DNA of 35,720 nt from Thelocarpon superellum (taxonomy: Eukaryota): positions 1 to 35,720 of the forward strand of contig JAPEUG010000153.1 of NCBI GenBank assembly GCA_026025795.1. Reading direction: 5' to 3'. The position numbers and the translations under genes were made by a program. Shown here in pieces: positions 10,918 to 21,792 of this stretch. The stretch's first letter is position 1. Every line of letters starts with the position of its first letter. The notes under the pieces are model-generated. The model had not been told where the DNA came from and searched no databases. It saw nothing but the letters and a program-made list of their open reading frames with translations.

Positions 10918-11156
10918 TAAAGCTCAGAAAGTTGTGGTGGCACTTTATTTGGTCACTTACGTCAGTAGCGTCGGCAGTGAAAGAGACAGCGGAACCTCAA
11001 CACAAACACCGAGATAAGGATCCCATCGGCGTGTTGCCTTTGGTCGGCTCTATGCCGCACACGTAGAACCCCCCACAGCGAATCTGCGGCCGTCGTTGCC
11101 ACGGCTTGATGCAACCGGTCAGGAGCCGCCTTTTCCATCGACATGAGATCGTGAAG

Positions 11157-14027
11157 ATGTCATCCGGTCCGTCGGGTGGCCACGCACCTCCCGATTTTGA
11201 GGGGAGGGAGGAGAAGGTCCGCCCAGCCCTGACGCTGGAGGATGCAGATCACGATCAAGACGATCACGACTCCAGATACGCGAGTGGGAGCTTCGTGATT
11301 GGTGAAAGCTCCAGCGACGCGGGCCACGAAGAATACGGCCAAGACGATGATCTCGACCCGGTACACGCACCGGAGGCCGTCCCGGTCGACCAAGCGATGA
11401 GCGGGAATGCCGACATCATTCTCAAGCCGCCGACGTCCAGCTTGCCGGAGCGCCCAAATGGCATGGAGGGCCCTCACGCCGAGAAAATCGAGGCTCCTCC
11501 CTCCGACCAGCGGCGTATAGCGCGACCTCTGTCAAAGAAGGCGACCGCCACCCACTTGTGGATCACCGCTGCAAGGGAGCCGCCGGCGCGGGGAGCACAG
11601 CGGAAGATTCATTTCAAGGGCGATCGTGCTTTGAGAGATGCTCTCGAAGAATTCCTCCGAGGCGTTGGTGGCCACGGTCTTACCGGAGTCTATGACGGAG
11701 TCCGACGGTTCATTGCCGCTTATGCAACCCCATCGCATGCGCGGGCGGCGGCGTTTGCCCTGCAGGCCACTGATCTGTTGGTGCGCAACCAGAAGGTCTG
11801 GAAGACTATCGATTTGATGGGCATCCCGCCCGCCGTCATGCATCAGGTGACTCCCAGAAAACGAAAACGCATGGAGCCAAGCGATATCTCCACGCCTGAT
11901 CTTCCGGGCGAAGTGACACGCCCGGATCTCTCCGCCCAGGCCAGCCTCATGCCGGGGGTCGGCGTCAAGCAGCCGGCAGAATGCGGCACCAGCACGAAGG
12001 TGGCTAAGCGTCAGCAGCTCCACCGCGATGACAAGCGGCGTGAGAAGGCGCAGGCGAAGGCAGTAGCGCCTTTCATTGGGGACCAGGTCGAAAGCCACGT
12101 GTCGATGGAGCCGAGAGTTGTGCAATTACAGCAGCTGATCGTCTTGCTGCACTCCGCCCGGCGGGACTTTCTGTTCACTGCACGAGGGCAGCGTCAGCTC
12201 GCCCGCTTGCTTCCCCGTCGTGAGGATGAGGCCAAGTTGGAGAAGGCGGCGGCAGCCCGGTATGCGGCCGAGTCCGGGCCCTGGCAGTCGGATGACCGAG
12301 AAGATACCATCTTCCTCCGTCAGATCCGACAACAAAAGTTATCGGACCCTTATCGACGGGCGGCCATCCATGAGACGGAGGCGGCATTTACGTATGACAG
12401 GGTGGATCAAGCCACCTACGACCGCCTGATGTCGGCTCTGCTGACACCGGATGAGCGATACGAGAAGAGCATCGGGAACCGCGCACATGTCCACTGCTGC
12501 ACCCCGCATGCGTACCGCGTGGACATCATCGATCTCTGCGGAGAGTGGTACTCGCTCGACGTGGCGGCCGACGAGAGCGAAGATGACTACCAGGAGATCA
12601 GCGGGCGCGACTACAATCTCATTTTCGCCGAGTACGCGTACTGCCATCACACGGAGCCGGAGAAGGCCAAGCGTGGCTACCCTCTCACAGAGGAGGAGGC
12701 ACGAGCGCGGTTTTACTTGGAATTGAACCTCTCGCCCGCATTCGACATGGGCTTTCTGGAGGGTCACACTGGCTTGGGGAGATTGAGCATCCACGGCGAC
12801 CGAGCCGAGGAAAACGACGCGATGCTCGAGTCATCCTCCAAGTCTGACGCCCGGCCTCCTCTCCCGAACCTGGAGACCATCAATCTTGCAGAAGGCAATG
12901 ACACTGACGTGTCGTCTAATAGCTACGAGCCACCAGTTGTAGCCATGGGCGAGACTGGTCCCGGGACTGTTGGGGGTCTGTCCGGCGCCGTGAGGGAGCT
13001 CCAGATGAGATATGTCGGCCTGGGCCAGCCTTGTACGTCAATCTGAACAAGGGGGGTGCCCGTGCTGACTCGAGGTGTAGACGATGCGTCATTTGCTGAT
13101 CAATTCGTCCTCTGCATGATCTGTGGAGGGGAGCACCTAGAAGCAGACTGTCCTCCCTCTCTCGTACGTGCCGGCTTCGATGAGAGAGACAAAAGGAAGG
13201 AGAGACCTGAGCTGATTGAATGATAGTGCGTTGACTGTGGCGCGCCCGTTGCCGAGGGGTATGTCTCCCTACAGCGGTGTAGAGGTTGTGGCCGAGGATA
13301 TGTTGAACGGCTCCCGCGATTCAACGCTGCTCTGTCAGCCAGTGACGTGTGCAATTTGTGTGGGCTGGTTGGCCATGATGGCAGGTTATGCAAGCGCCTC
13401 TGGCGAGGCGATCGACCTTTGGAGTTGAGGAAGGTTCGAGCCCTGCCGACCTATTGCTACTCGTGCGGCAGGAACACGCACTACGGCGGAAACTGCAGCG
13501 ACGCAACCAAGGACAAATCTGTCGAGCAGGAGCTCGAGGACACGTTTGTCAAAAGCAACGCCGATCGATTTCTCAATCCGAACAGCCTCCTCCTGGCACC
13601 GTCGCTGCTGAATACCAGGCCGATGATTAGCACGCCGGCGCCCAGGACTCATGGACCCCGGGGTAAGCGTAAGGTGGACGGGAACAAGAGCGACAGCGAA
13701 GATGACGGAGGATTCTTACGGCCCCGCGTGACTACGGGCCGACGAGCGCCACCGCAGATGCACATCGTCGGCCACAATAACGAAGACGACTCCTATCGAC
13801 CGGACCGACAAGCTAGACGGGCCGACTATCGGCAGCCGCCTCTTCCCAATGGCCGTCCGCCTACTGTTCCATCATCGGGAAGAAAGCAAGGTGGTGATTC
13901 CGGTGATCGAGGATTCGGGTTTGCCGTCAGAGGCAGAGGAACGGTCGGACCTCGAGGTGGACATGGCAATGTCTATCACCCGATGCCCAGCGCGGCATCG
14001 AACGCGTGGAAGAGGCATCGGATGTGA
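11157..14027 (+). CDS. Air1/Air2-like CCHC zinc-knuckle protein (TRAMP-complex RNA-binding subunit family) with a long N-terminal extension
   Basis: Exons 11157-13032, 13081-13163, 13227-14027. Introns GTACGT...GCTGAC...TAG (48 nt) and GTACGT...GCTGAT...TAG (63 nt) join the ORFs in frame. Knuckles CMICGGEHLEADC, CNLCGLVGHDGRLC-KRLWR (cf. Air ZnK4 plus IWRxY linker) and YCYSCGRNTHYGGNC (cf. ZnK5); Arg/Gly-rich tail. Start codon uncertain (11109 or 11157). Confidence 0.75.
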
Positions 14028-15582
14028 TAGTGAGCCGCAGACCCACGGAGATGCATGAGCTATGATATGGTATTGTACCGAGGAGGGGTCTGACGTATGC
14101 GTTGCCAGGACGGCGCTCTGGCGGAAGGGCTCATGAAGATGAATGTATCCAGCTGTCCATCATCAAGCATCAATCGGTGGCATGAGTTTCTTAGCATCGA
14201 CGGCTAGCTAGTCAATGAACAAGATTACTGTTGAGAAACGAGATGCCGTGCCTGACAGGTAATCGGTTCTCTCAAGACACGTTCTATTCCCGATGGCCAG
14301 GTGGTCAAGGACTGTAGAACTCGAATTACTGACCGAGAGTGGTGGAGGAACGAGGGCGGGCTAGTTGGTCTACCCCTCACGAGTGACAGTGCAAGAGACT
14401 AGGTCCCACCACGAAGCTTGCAAGGTCTCACTTCGTCCATCGCCAACCAATCGATCCATCTTGGACTCTGCTCGTTCTCGCGCATCTCGTCTCATAGGTA
14501 CCAGCATGCTGCTCACCTCCATCTGGCATTGCCAACCGGCATTCCCCCTCGTGCGGAGGAGAGAAAAGGTCTACTTCTTCACGCACTCGTCAAGGCAGAG
14601 CAGGACTAGTAGTGGCAACTCGTAGGATCTCGATGATGACGGACGTGTAGCGATTAGCAGTGAGCAAATTTGCACTCTTTCACGGTAGTCAGTCACGAAG
14701 AGCTTCCCTTTCCTCGCAAGTAAGTGAGCAAATTACGTCGTCACCCCATCGTATGCTCAGAGCGAAAGGCCAAGGGGCCGGAAGAAGATACCCGACGAGG
14801 AAAGGTAAGCGCGCGCGAGAGCATCCCACCCACGCAACACCACCGCCACCACCACCATCGCGTCCGATAACGATGACTTACAGTCAGGTACGCGTACTCG
14901 TACTCGTAGTCAACTAACGATGTGCGAGTAGGCGCTTCCCACACACCTAGCTGGCAGACCAGACCACACCGACCAAGCAACGACCTCGTGTCAGGGAAGG
15001 TTTATCTAGATTGAGGAATAGACGTAGGCGGGTGTCGGAGACGCGACGGAGAAAGATAGAGGAGAAGAAGAGGGGGAGAAGAAGGAATCATGACGAGAGT
15101 ATGAGTCAGCATGCAAGCGACTAGGAGAGGAGTACGAGGAAGGAGAGAAGGAAGCGGGCGCAGGTTTATGGTGGGACACGACTAACCAATGGTGGAATAA
15201 TGCTAGGCAACGCGACCGCCTCCTGATTCCCATCCAATCCGTCCGGCTGGCTGGCTGGCTCACCGGATGGCTCACCGGATTTCTTTCGTCGATACGCCCC
15301 GTATCCTATTGCTATCGCTATCGCGATCGCTATCCCCAGATTTGCCTCCGCACCTTCCCCCTCCCCTGGTCTTGGGCAAAGATCAGACGAGTGCAGTATG
15401 GAGAAATAGGAGAAGATGGTAAATACAGATTAGTGAGGAGTGCACGGAAAGCTCCATCCCTCGGGATGCAATTATCAAGACTGTCCTAATCACGTAGGCC
15501 AAGGAGACGCTCTACACGGTGCAGGTATCCCGTCGCCTCGGCGGCGAAACGCTCCAGACGGTGTGCACAGACACCATGTCGC

Positions 15583-17700
15583 CTAAGAGGCTTCCTCATC
15601 GTCCAGATCGTCGTCCTGTTCCTCCCGTTCCTCCCGTTCTTCCTGCTCCAGCGCACCGTGCAAGACCTCGACGTCGCCGCCCGCAGCGCGCACAGCCGCC
15701 TCGGCGGCCACGCTGAGTTTCCGTCGCTTCTCCAGCTGTTCTCGCTCCCATCGCGCCCGCTTCTCCGACGCTTCCCGCTCGCGTCGAGCCTTGGTCTTGG
15801 AGCTCCCCGACGGTGCCACCCCGTGCAAGATCTTGTCGTGGTCGTCCGGCGTGTAGTTCACGAAGCCGCCTCCCGACTTGGTGTTCCCCGACCCCACGCT
15901 GCCCAGCGAGAGCGCCGATAGGGACGACGTCGTGCTGCCCGTCGACGAGATGGAGGAATTGTGTCCGTGTGCCGGTGTGGCGCTGGTAGATCGGGATGAC
16001 ACCGCGGCGTTTCCTAAGCTGTTGATGCTCGGATGCTGCTGTCGTTGTCGAGCTCGCCAGGAGGTGGGTGAGCCCCGGGGGAGCCGGCTGCTGCTGGGGC
16101 TTCGCGGGGACGGCGGCGTGTGCGGGGCGGAGAGGGTGGAATGTCCGCGCCGGTGATGCGAGTGGAATAAGACGCTCGACGGCATTGAGACGTTGGGAGA
16201 GGACGCGTTGGTGGCCGGCGTGGTGCCGGTGGGGGGCGACATAACAGCGCGAGGACTGTTCCTCATCGTCGCTCCCGCAGTCGAGTCCATCGTCTGAGCG
16301 GCCAGCCTCGACGGCGGAGAGGAAAAAGTAAATGGAAGAGGACCATCCGCTGGTGCTGTGGAAGAAGACGAAAACGGAAACACCAGTCCCAGTCCCGTGA
16401 CGTTCGCTTCATCCGCTGCCAGATACTCCTCAACTTCTTCTGCGTAGAAGCCGCCGATGCTGGGGAGACCACCTTGAAGGGATGCGCCGAAATGATGACT
16501 TTGCTCGACCAGTCCCTGGCTGTCTGCCGCGGAATGATCCCAGCGAGAACCGTTCCGGTAAGTCGGCAAATCCGACGGATGAAGTCTCGGTACACGTCCG
16601 ACCGCGGGCGTCAAGGTCGCATCGTTGAGCCGGGTCGAGGCGCCGGGAAAAGAGAAGCCAGGCATCGCATCGAAGCAGGCAGAATCCTCGTCCAGCCCGT
16701 CGTCCACGAGATCATGGAAACCGCCGGGCGGCGACCGGACTGGCGTGCCCTGCGACGACGTTGAGGGATATGAGGACGCAGGTGATATCTCCTGGTGCTC
16801 GGGACCGGTACCGTGACCGTGAGACAGCTGCGATGCCGCCAGAAAGGCAATGTCATCATGGCCGGCGAGCCGGGCCGTCGGAGGCGGGGTGTTGGGATAA
16901 TTGATCAAAGACACGGCAATGTTCTCGCTCGGTGCCGTCGTGAGGTCGTACGCCGGCAGCCAAGACTGGTAGCCGACGCTCGTGTCGAGCGCGTCCGCGT
17001 GGAGCGCACCGAGCGCGCCCGTGTCAATCGAGCCCGTGTCGCCCGAGCGCTGACCGCCGGCAATCATGGGCATCGTGGGCAGGTTGGGAGTGCTGCGCTG
17101 ACGAGACATACGTCGACGTGCATGTGGCTCACGCCACCGCACCGTCTTGGCCTTCGGCTCGATCGAGGCGTGTCGCACGCGTCTGCGGGCAGTGGTGGCA
17201 GACAGGGGAGTGGAGGACGTGATCGCCGACGCATTCCTGGCCGGAGGCACGCCGCTGCGTATTTGAGTCGACTGCGGGAGGCCCAAAAGTTTTGTTTCGA
17301 TCGAGCCTAGTTCGGAGAGAGGACCTTCCTCAACTCCAACGGATGAGGATGGCGGCGCCATTGCGGTAGTCGCCGCTGGAGAGGCACAAGCGCTGGTTGA
17401 GCTCCAGGCGTCATGAGGGGCCCGGTCCCTTGCCTCGCGCCGCTTCATCGCTAAGGCAGTCCCGACAGCGCCGTCGCTACAGCCGAGGGGTGATCTGACC
17501 TCTGCCGCACTGGATTGTGGTTGTGACAGCGCCAGGCCTCGACTGGCGTCGGCCAGCTCCGTCGGCTCGGCCTCCATCATGAAGCGCTCGACAAACTGGT
17601 CAAAGGGATCGTCGCTGAGCCCAAACGAGACATAGGTCCCGTCATTGGACGCCGCTGTACCCTCGAAGTGGTCCGCCAGAGTCATGGCATTGAAAGCCAT
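15583..17700 (-). CDS. wetA: Developmental regulator WetA (spore maturation transcription factor, ESC1/WetA domain)
   Basis: Intronless 705-aa ORF. The C-terminal 'GFVNYTPDDHDKILHGVAPSGSSKTKARRERE...RRKLSVAAEAAVRAAGGDVEVL' is the diagnostic WetA/ESC1 domain; the rest is Ser/Pro-rich and low-complexity. Confidence 0.93.
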   Translation of the reverse strand: MAFNAMTLADHFEGTAASNDGTYVSFGLSDDPFDQFVERFMMEAEPTELADASRGLALSQPQSSAAEVRSPLGCSDGAVGTALAMKRREARDRAPHDAWSSTSACASPAATTAMAPPSSSVGVEEGPLSELGSIETKLLGLPQSTQIRSGVPPARNASAITSSTPLSATTARRRVRHASIEPKAKTVRWREPHARRRMSRQRSTPNLPTMPMIAGGQRSGDTGSIDTGALGALHADALDTSVGYQSWLPAYDLTTAPSENIAVSLINYPNTPPPTARLAGHDDIAFLAASQLSHGHGTGPEHQEISPASSYPSTSSQGTPVRSPPGGFHDLVDDGLDEDSACFDAMPGFSFPGASTRLNDATLTPAVGRVPRLHPSDLPTYRNGSRWDHSAADSQGLVEQSHHFGASLQGGLPSIGGFYAEEVEEYLAADEANVTGLGLVFPFSSSSTAPADGPLPFTFSSPPSRLAAQTMDSTAGATMRNSPRAVMSPPTGTTPATNASSPNVSMPSSVLFHSHHRRGHSTLSAPHTPPSPRSPSSSRLPRGSPTSWRARQRQQHPSINSLGNAAVSSRSTSATPAHGHNSSISSTGSTTSSLSALSLGSVGSGNTKSGGGFVNYTPDDHDKILHGVAPSGSSKTKARREREASEKRARWEREQLEKRRKLSVAAEAAVRAAGGDVEVLHGALEQEEREEREEQDDDLDDEEAS

Positions 17701-18078
17701 TGGTCGCTGCCTGTCCGCCCGCGTCGATGGCGGCGTCGATGGCTGAGCGGGCGCCGTAGTAAGGGCCGAGACTTCCCACCCGGTAACGCGGACGAGACGG
17801 AGGCACAGGCTAGGAGCCTTAGAGCCTTAGCCGGCTGGCGCGGCGAAGCGACGAGGGCGCGGTAGTGGGGCCGGGTGGCGGTCCCTTGCGCGGGAGTCGT
17901 CGATCACCCACAGGCTGCTGTAATGCTCGAGGGCTGGTTCATGCAAGGTCCAGCGGGACCGATGAATTGCGGGAGGAAGGAACAGTGCCAGGACAAACAA
18001 ACAGATCAAACTGTTCCAGCCAAAGATATTTATCCTACGCCGCTGCCCTCCGAGCCCCCAGCCTCCACGCAGATGAGG

Positions 18079-18909
18079 CATTCCCGAGAGACTGGGCGGA
18101 AGCGCGCGGGAAAGAGTCAAGCTCGTCGGGAGATAGGAGGCGGGGGACCGTGCCGCGACAGCGCCAGTGGTGTTTGCACAATCCATGGGCGGAGGACGGA
18201 GGAAGGACACGCTGGTCGAGATGCCCCGCCACTCGCTGGCACGAGGGGTGACGGCGTTGACAGGCCATCCCACGGCAGACTGCGAGCCCGTTCGCAGCCA
18301 CGGCGACGCACCCCGCGGATGAGGTGACAGCCCCCGGGCATTCCTGTCACATCCACGGCGCTTAGTGCCTCGTCTCGTTTCTAGGGCCCGGACCGGGTAG
18401 CCGTGTCTTCACAGCGCCAGGCCGCGACGCCCTCTGCCGGATCAGCAATCTCGACGACGAGTGGAGTGCTAGTCGGCCACCACGGTCCTGGTGCCGATTC
18501 GTCATCCGAGCGGGGAGGGCGAGGAGAGACGACTGGTCCTAGTGTGACGGACATGAAGCACCGTCACCTTGCATCAGAAGACATGTGCTGACCAATCGCC
18601 GTCGAGCGAGGCCATCACGCTATCTGGAAGACGAACGTGGAGGCCCGGGCCGCATTCATCCATTGCGCTGCTTTCTCCAGGGACCTCGCCCTGCCGCTGT
18701 TCGTCAGGCCTCGTACATGGACGGATTCGGCCTCCGACTCGCTAGCGACGACCGCTTCCCGTAGCCGCTCTGCGTGGCGGCGTGCCAACTTAGTGGCGGG
18801 CACATCGGCGCGGAATGTCGTCGGTCCGAAGGGTTGCATTCCCGTCGTGGGGCGTCGATCCACGGAAGCGCGAGGAATGTACCAACATGGCTAAGAGAGA
18901 GGGAGAATG
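18079..18909. promoter_or_regulatory. Cluster of six AbaA/TEA response elements (CATTCY) upstream of wetA
   Basis: CATTCC at 18079, 18339, 18837; GGAATG at 18812, 18874; AGAATG at 18904. Four fall within 98 bp. AbaA binding to CATTCY and activating wetA is established in Aspergillus nidulans. Confidence 0.7.
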
Positions 18910-19693
18910 TGAAGCCCAGAAGGCTTAGTGGCGGGCTCGCCCTTAGCGGGTGCACCGTCGGCACCTCGGCGCCACACCGTATGTCAGGATGGATGGGTTG
19001 CACATCTCCTCTGAGCTCGTGGGAGCGAAGCTGCACCGGCGAGACCGACCCCAGGCTTACACGTATTCGCAAGACACATGCCGAGTGCCTGGATGTCAAG
19101 ATGCTCAATTGAACTCGATCCCTCGTCGACTACCCTCGTCAGCCTGTCCGCCTCTGCACGTGGAAAGCGTTGAGCGGGATCGGTTCACCTTCACGGCTCG
19201 CACTATGTGGGTCAGTCCGTGTCTGAGTGGCGAGCCACTGGCTCGCCGTCTCCTCTCGTCACCCGTGACGTACCAGCACACCTATAAGCGAGGAGAAATG
19301 GGCAAAAGACCAAGATGGCTAACGTCATTTGTATTCGCACCCATCATGATGAAGCCATTCACCGTAGATCCAGTCATGTGCGTCCTACCTAAAGGTACCT
19401 ACCTATTATCATACAACGACCGAGCGTGTGGAAGAATCAACGCGCCACGATATTTCAATGCCCTTGCAAACATGAAGACTCTCCGCATGCCAGGCTAAAG
19501 TCTGACGGGACCAAACAGACCGAGGTGCTCAAGCGGACACGAGCACCCGCTCACGCGAGCTGAGATGGGCGCTGGGCATCCTAGAAGGGTCTTGTCACCA
19601 TAACGGTGCCTCTCGCCTTGACCATGTCAGCATGATAGACGTACATCTGCCGAGACCGGGGTCTGACGGCACGAACGTCGCGCACCACGGAGA

Positions 19694-20334
19694 TTAGACT
19701 TGCGACATGGAGGGGGCACCTCTCCGAATGCCTCCCATGCCGCCACGAGTGAGGCCAGCGGAGCCACCACCATTGGCAAAAGCCGACACTACCGTCGATG
19801 CGAGATAGGTGGCGAAGCCGAACCAAAGGAATGCCGTCGTCGCCTGGGACTCTTGACACCGCTTGGTCTGGTTGCTGGATCCGGCCGTGATCTGGTTGTT
19901 CTTGAGGTAGTCCTGTCGCATGGGTCAGTGTCTGCGCGCACACGACGGGTACGACGAGTCGCCACTGGGACCACAAACATTGTTGAAGCAGCTGTGGACC
20001 TTCAGCTCGGCGGCCATGGCCACGGCGGCGCAGAAGAAGAAAAAGGTGTTGAGGAGGTCAACGACCATGACGAGGAAGGGGTGAATGGCCAGCGACTCCC
20101 GTACGCCGGCAGCGACGAGGTAGATGAGCGAGAGCATCGAGAAGACCGCGACGAACATGTCGTAGTTGATCAGCGACGGGTTGCCGCCCGAGGCATCGTG
20201 GATGATGCTCCCCACCAGCGCCAGGATGAGCAGGGTCCACAGGAACTGCGTCGATTAGCCTCGTGATTGTGATGACGCTGAAGAGCTGGGCATACCTGGA
20301 GCGCCCGCAGGCCAAGGATGATGATTGATCCCAT
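19694..20334 (-). CDS. nce102: Nce102 MARVEL-domain tetraspan protein of the eisosome/MCC
   Basis: Exons 20334-20296, 20245-19979, 19912-19694 (introns 50 and 66 nt); 174 aa. MGSIIILGLRALQFLWTLLILALVG...NPSLINYDMFVAVF...DLLNTFFFFCAAVAMAAELKVHSCFNNDYLKNNQIT...KRCQESQATTAFLWFGF...PSMSQV matches Nce102 motifs, including the C-terminal SQV. Confidence 0.95.
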
Positions 20335-21792
20335 GGCGATCTGGCACTGGTTGCGTTTGCCGCAGCGCAGGGATGGAGTCAACAGAGAAAGAGGAGAAAG
20401 ACGATGGGTGACTTGAGGACTCGGCGAGGGTCGCAACGCTAAATCGACGTGAGGTCACGACGAGCAGTTGGCAAGGGAAGGATGTCAAAGGGGTGCACAG
20501 TGAGAGGCACGCGAGGTAGATGGCGGGAGAAGAGTTGAGTGTGAGAGCGAAAGTAGGAAGCAGGACGATTATGAGGTGCGTGGTGGCGGTCACGGATGAG
20601 GGTGGTGGTGTGCAGCAAGGTACGTTTGGCCAACTTGCGCTTGCGCTGTGTGTGGGGGGGAGCTGCTTGTACGGCGTCATCACCGTTGGCTGAGAGCAGG
20701 TCGAGTCGGAAACGTCGCGACCGGCGGGCAGCGGCGGGCGAGAAGCAGTGCAGATCCTGCTGGCCAATCCTACCCTCCGCTACGTCATCCTAGGAACCTT
20801 GGCCCTCCCGGTCACCACGGCCGACGGCGACCGAGGCCGCCGTGGTTGCTTCGTCAATGCGACGCCACCCTAGCCGGCAAATTGTCGGACCAATCGTTGC
20901 GCGTGACGTCGCTACTGTTGACGTGAATAAGCGACTCCGTCTGCGTCCAAGGCCGATCGATGGCTATCAGCCCACGGTTGGACAGGCGAACCTGTGCCTG
21001 CGGTGTCGTTTCAGCATCCAAGGCCATGTCGCAGGCTGGGCAGGCGCGCGAGCACCATCCGACGCGGTTCACATCATGTTCTTCGAGCACGGGTCTACTT
21101 GGGGATGACGTGCGTACTGTCGTAACGATCCCAGCGATCGTAGGGCTTGCATCCGTGAATCTCTTTCGTCTTCACGAGAGCCAAGGCAGCCCACGGAGAA
21201 GCAAGAGCGCTCCGTCAAGTCCCGGACGCGCATCCGTCCAATCGAAGCGGCCCTCACTTACTCGCCAGCACTGGGCGGGTTGACAATTTGGTCTAATCGA
21301 TGGAGCCTTGGCATCGGGAGGAGACACTTGTTGTCTGAGTACCCGTACAAGTAAGCCTGTACGTTGTGGTACTCCGTAATTGAGCGGTGCTCCTACGAAA
21401 AGTTGGCCGGCCGACGGAAGTGCGCCTTGTGCCTCGTGCCCGTAATGACATAAGCGACTTGCAGTTCTGCGCGCCTGCTCGTCTTTTTCGAATCGCCGAT
21501 CATTCGTTAAGTGCCGTTCGCCGAAACCGTGCCATGTCGGAGTATTATTATCCGGGTGAGACTCAGCCGTAATGGTACGGCTACCAGATGACATACCACC
21601 CTGACGTGCTAAATACCTGTTCCCGAGCCCTCCCACCGGCCCACCGGGACCATTCCTGTCATGATCACATATCGTACAAGACAAGTCCCCCATCTGATCC
21701 ACGCTACCGGCCCCTAGGCGTCCGAGAGGTGAGGTGAGGGAGATGCTGAACGTCACACGCTCAACCCGCCGGCGTCGACGGTCGGAAGTGGC

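Noticed and set aside
14028..15582. Hidden gene in the 1.5-kb convergent air/wetA interval
   Set aside because: Only short low-complexity ORFs and micro-repeats; consistent with long 3'-UTRs.
18242..18904. BrlA-type MRAGGGR matches (18242, 18898) and a 2-mismatch WetA response element (~18287) upstream of wetA
   Set aside because: Short or degenerate matches expected by chance in GC-rich DNA; BrlA is largely restricted to Eurotiales and the host lineage is unknown.
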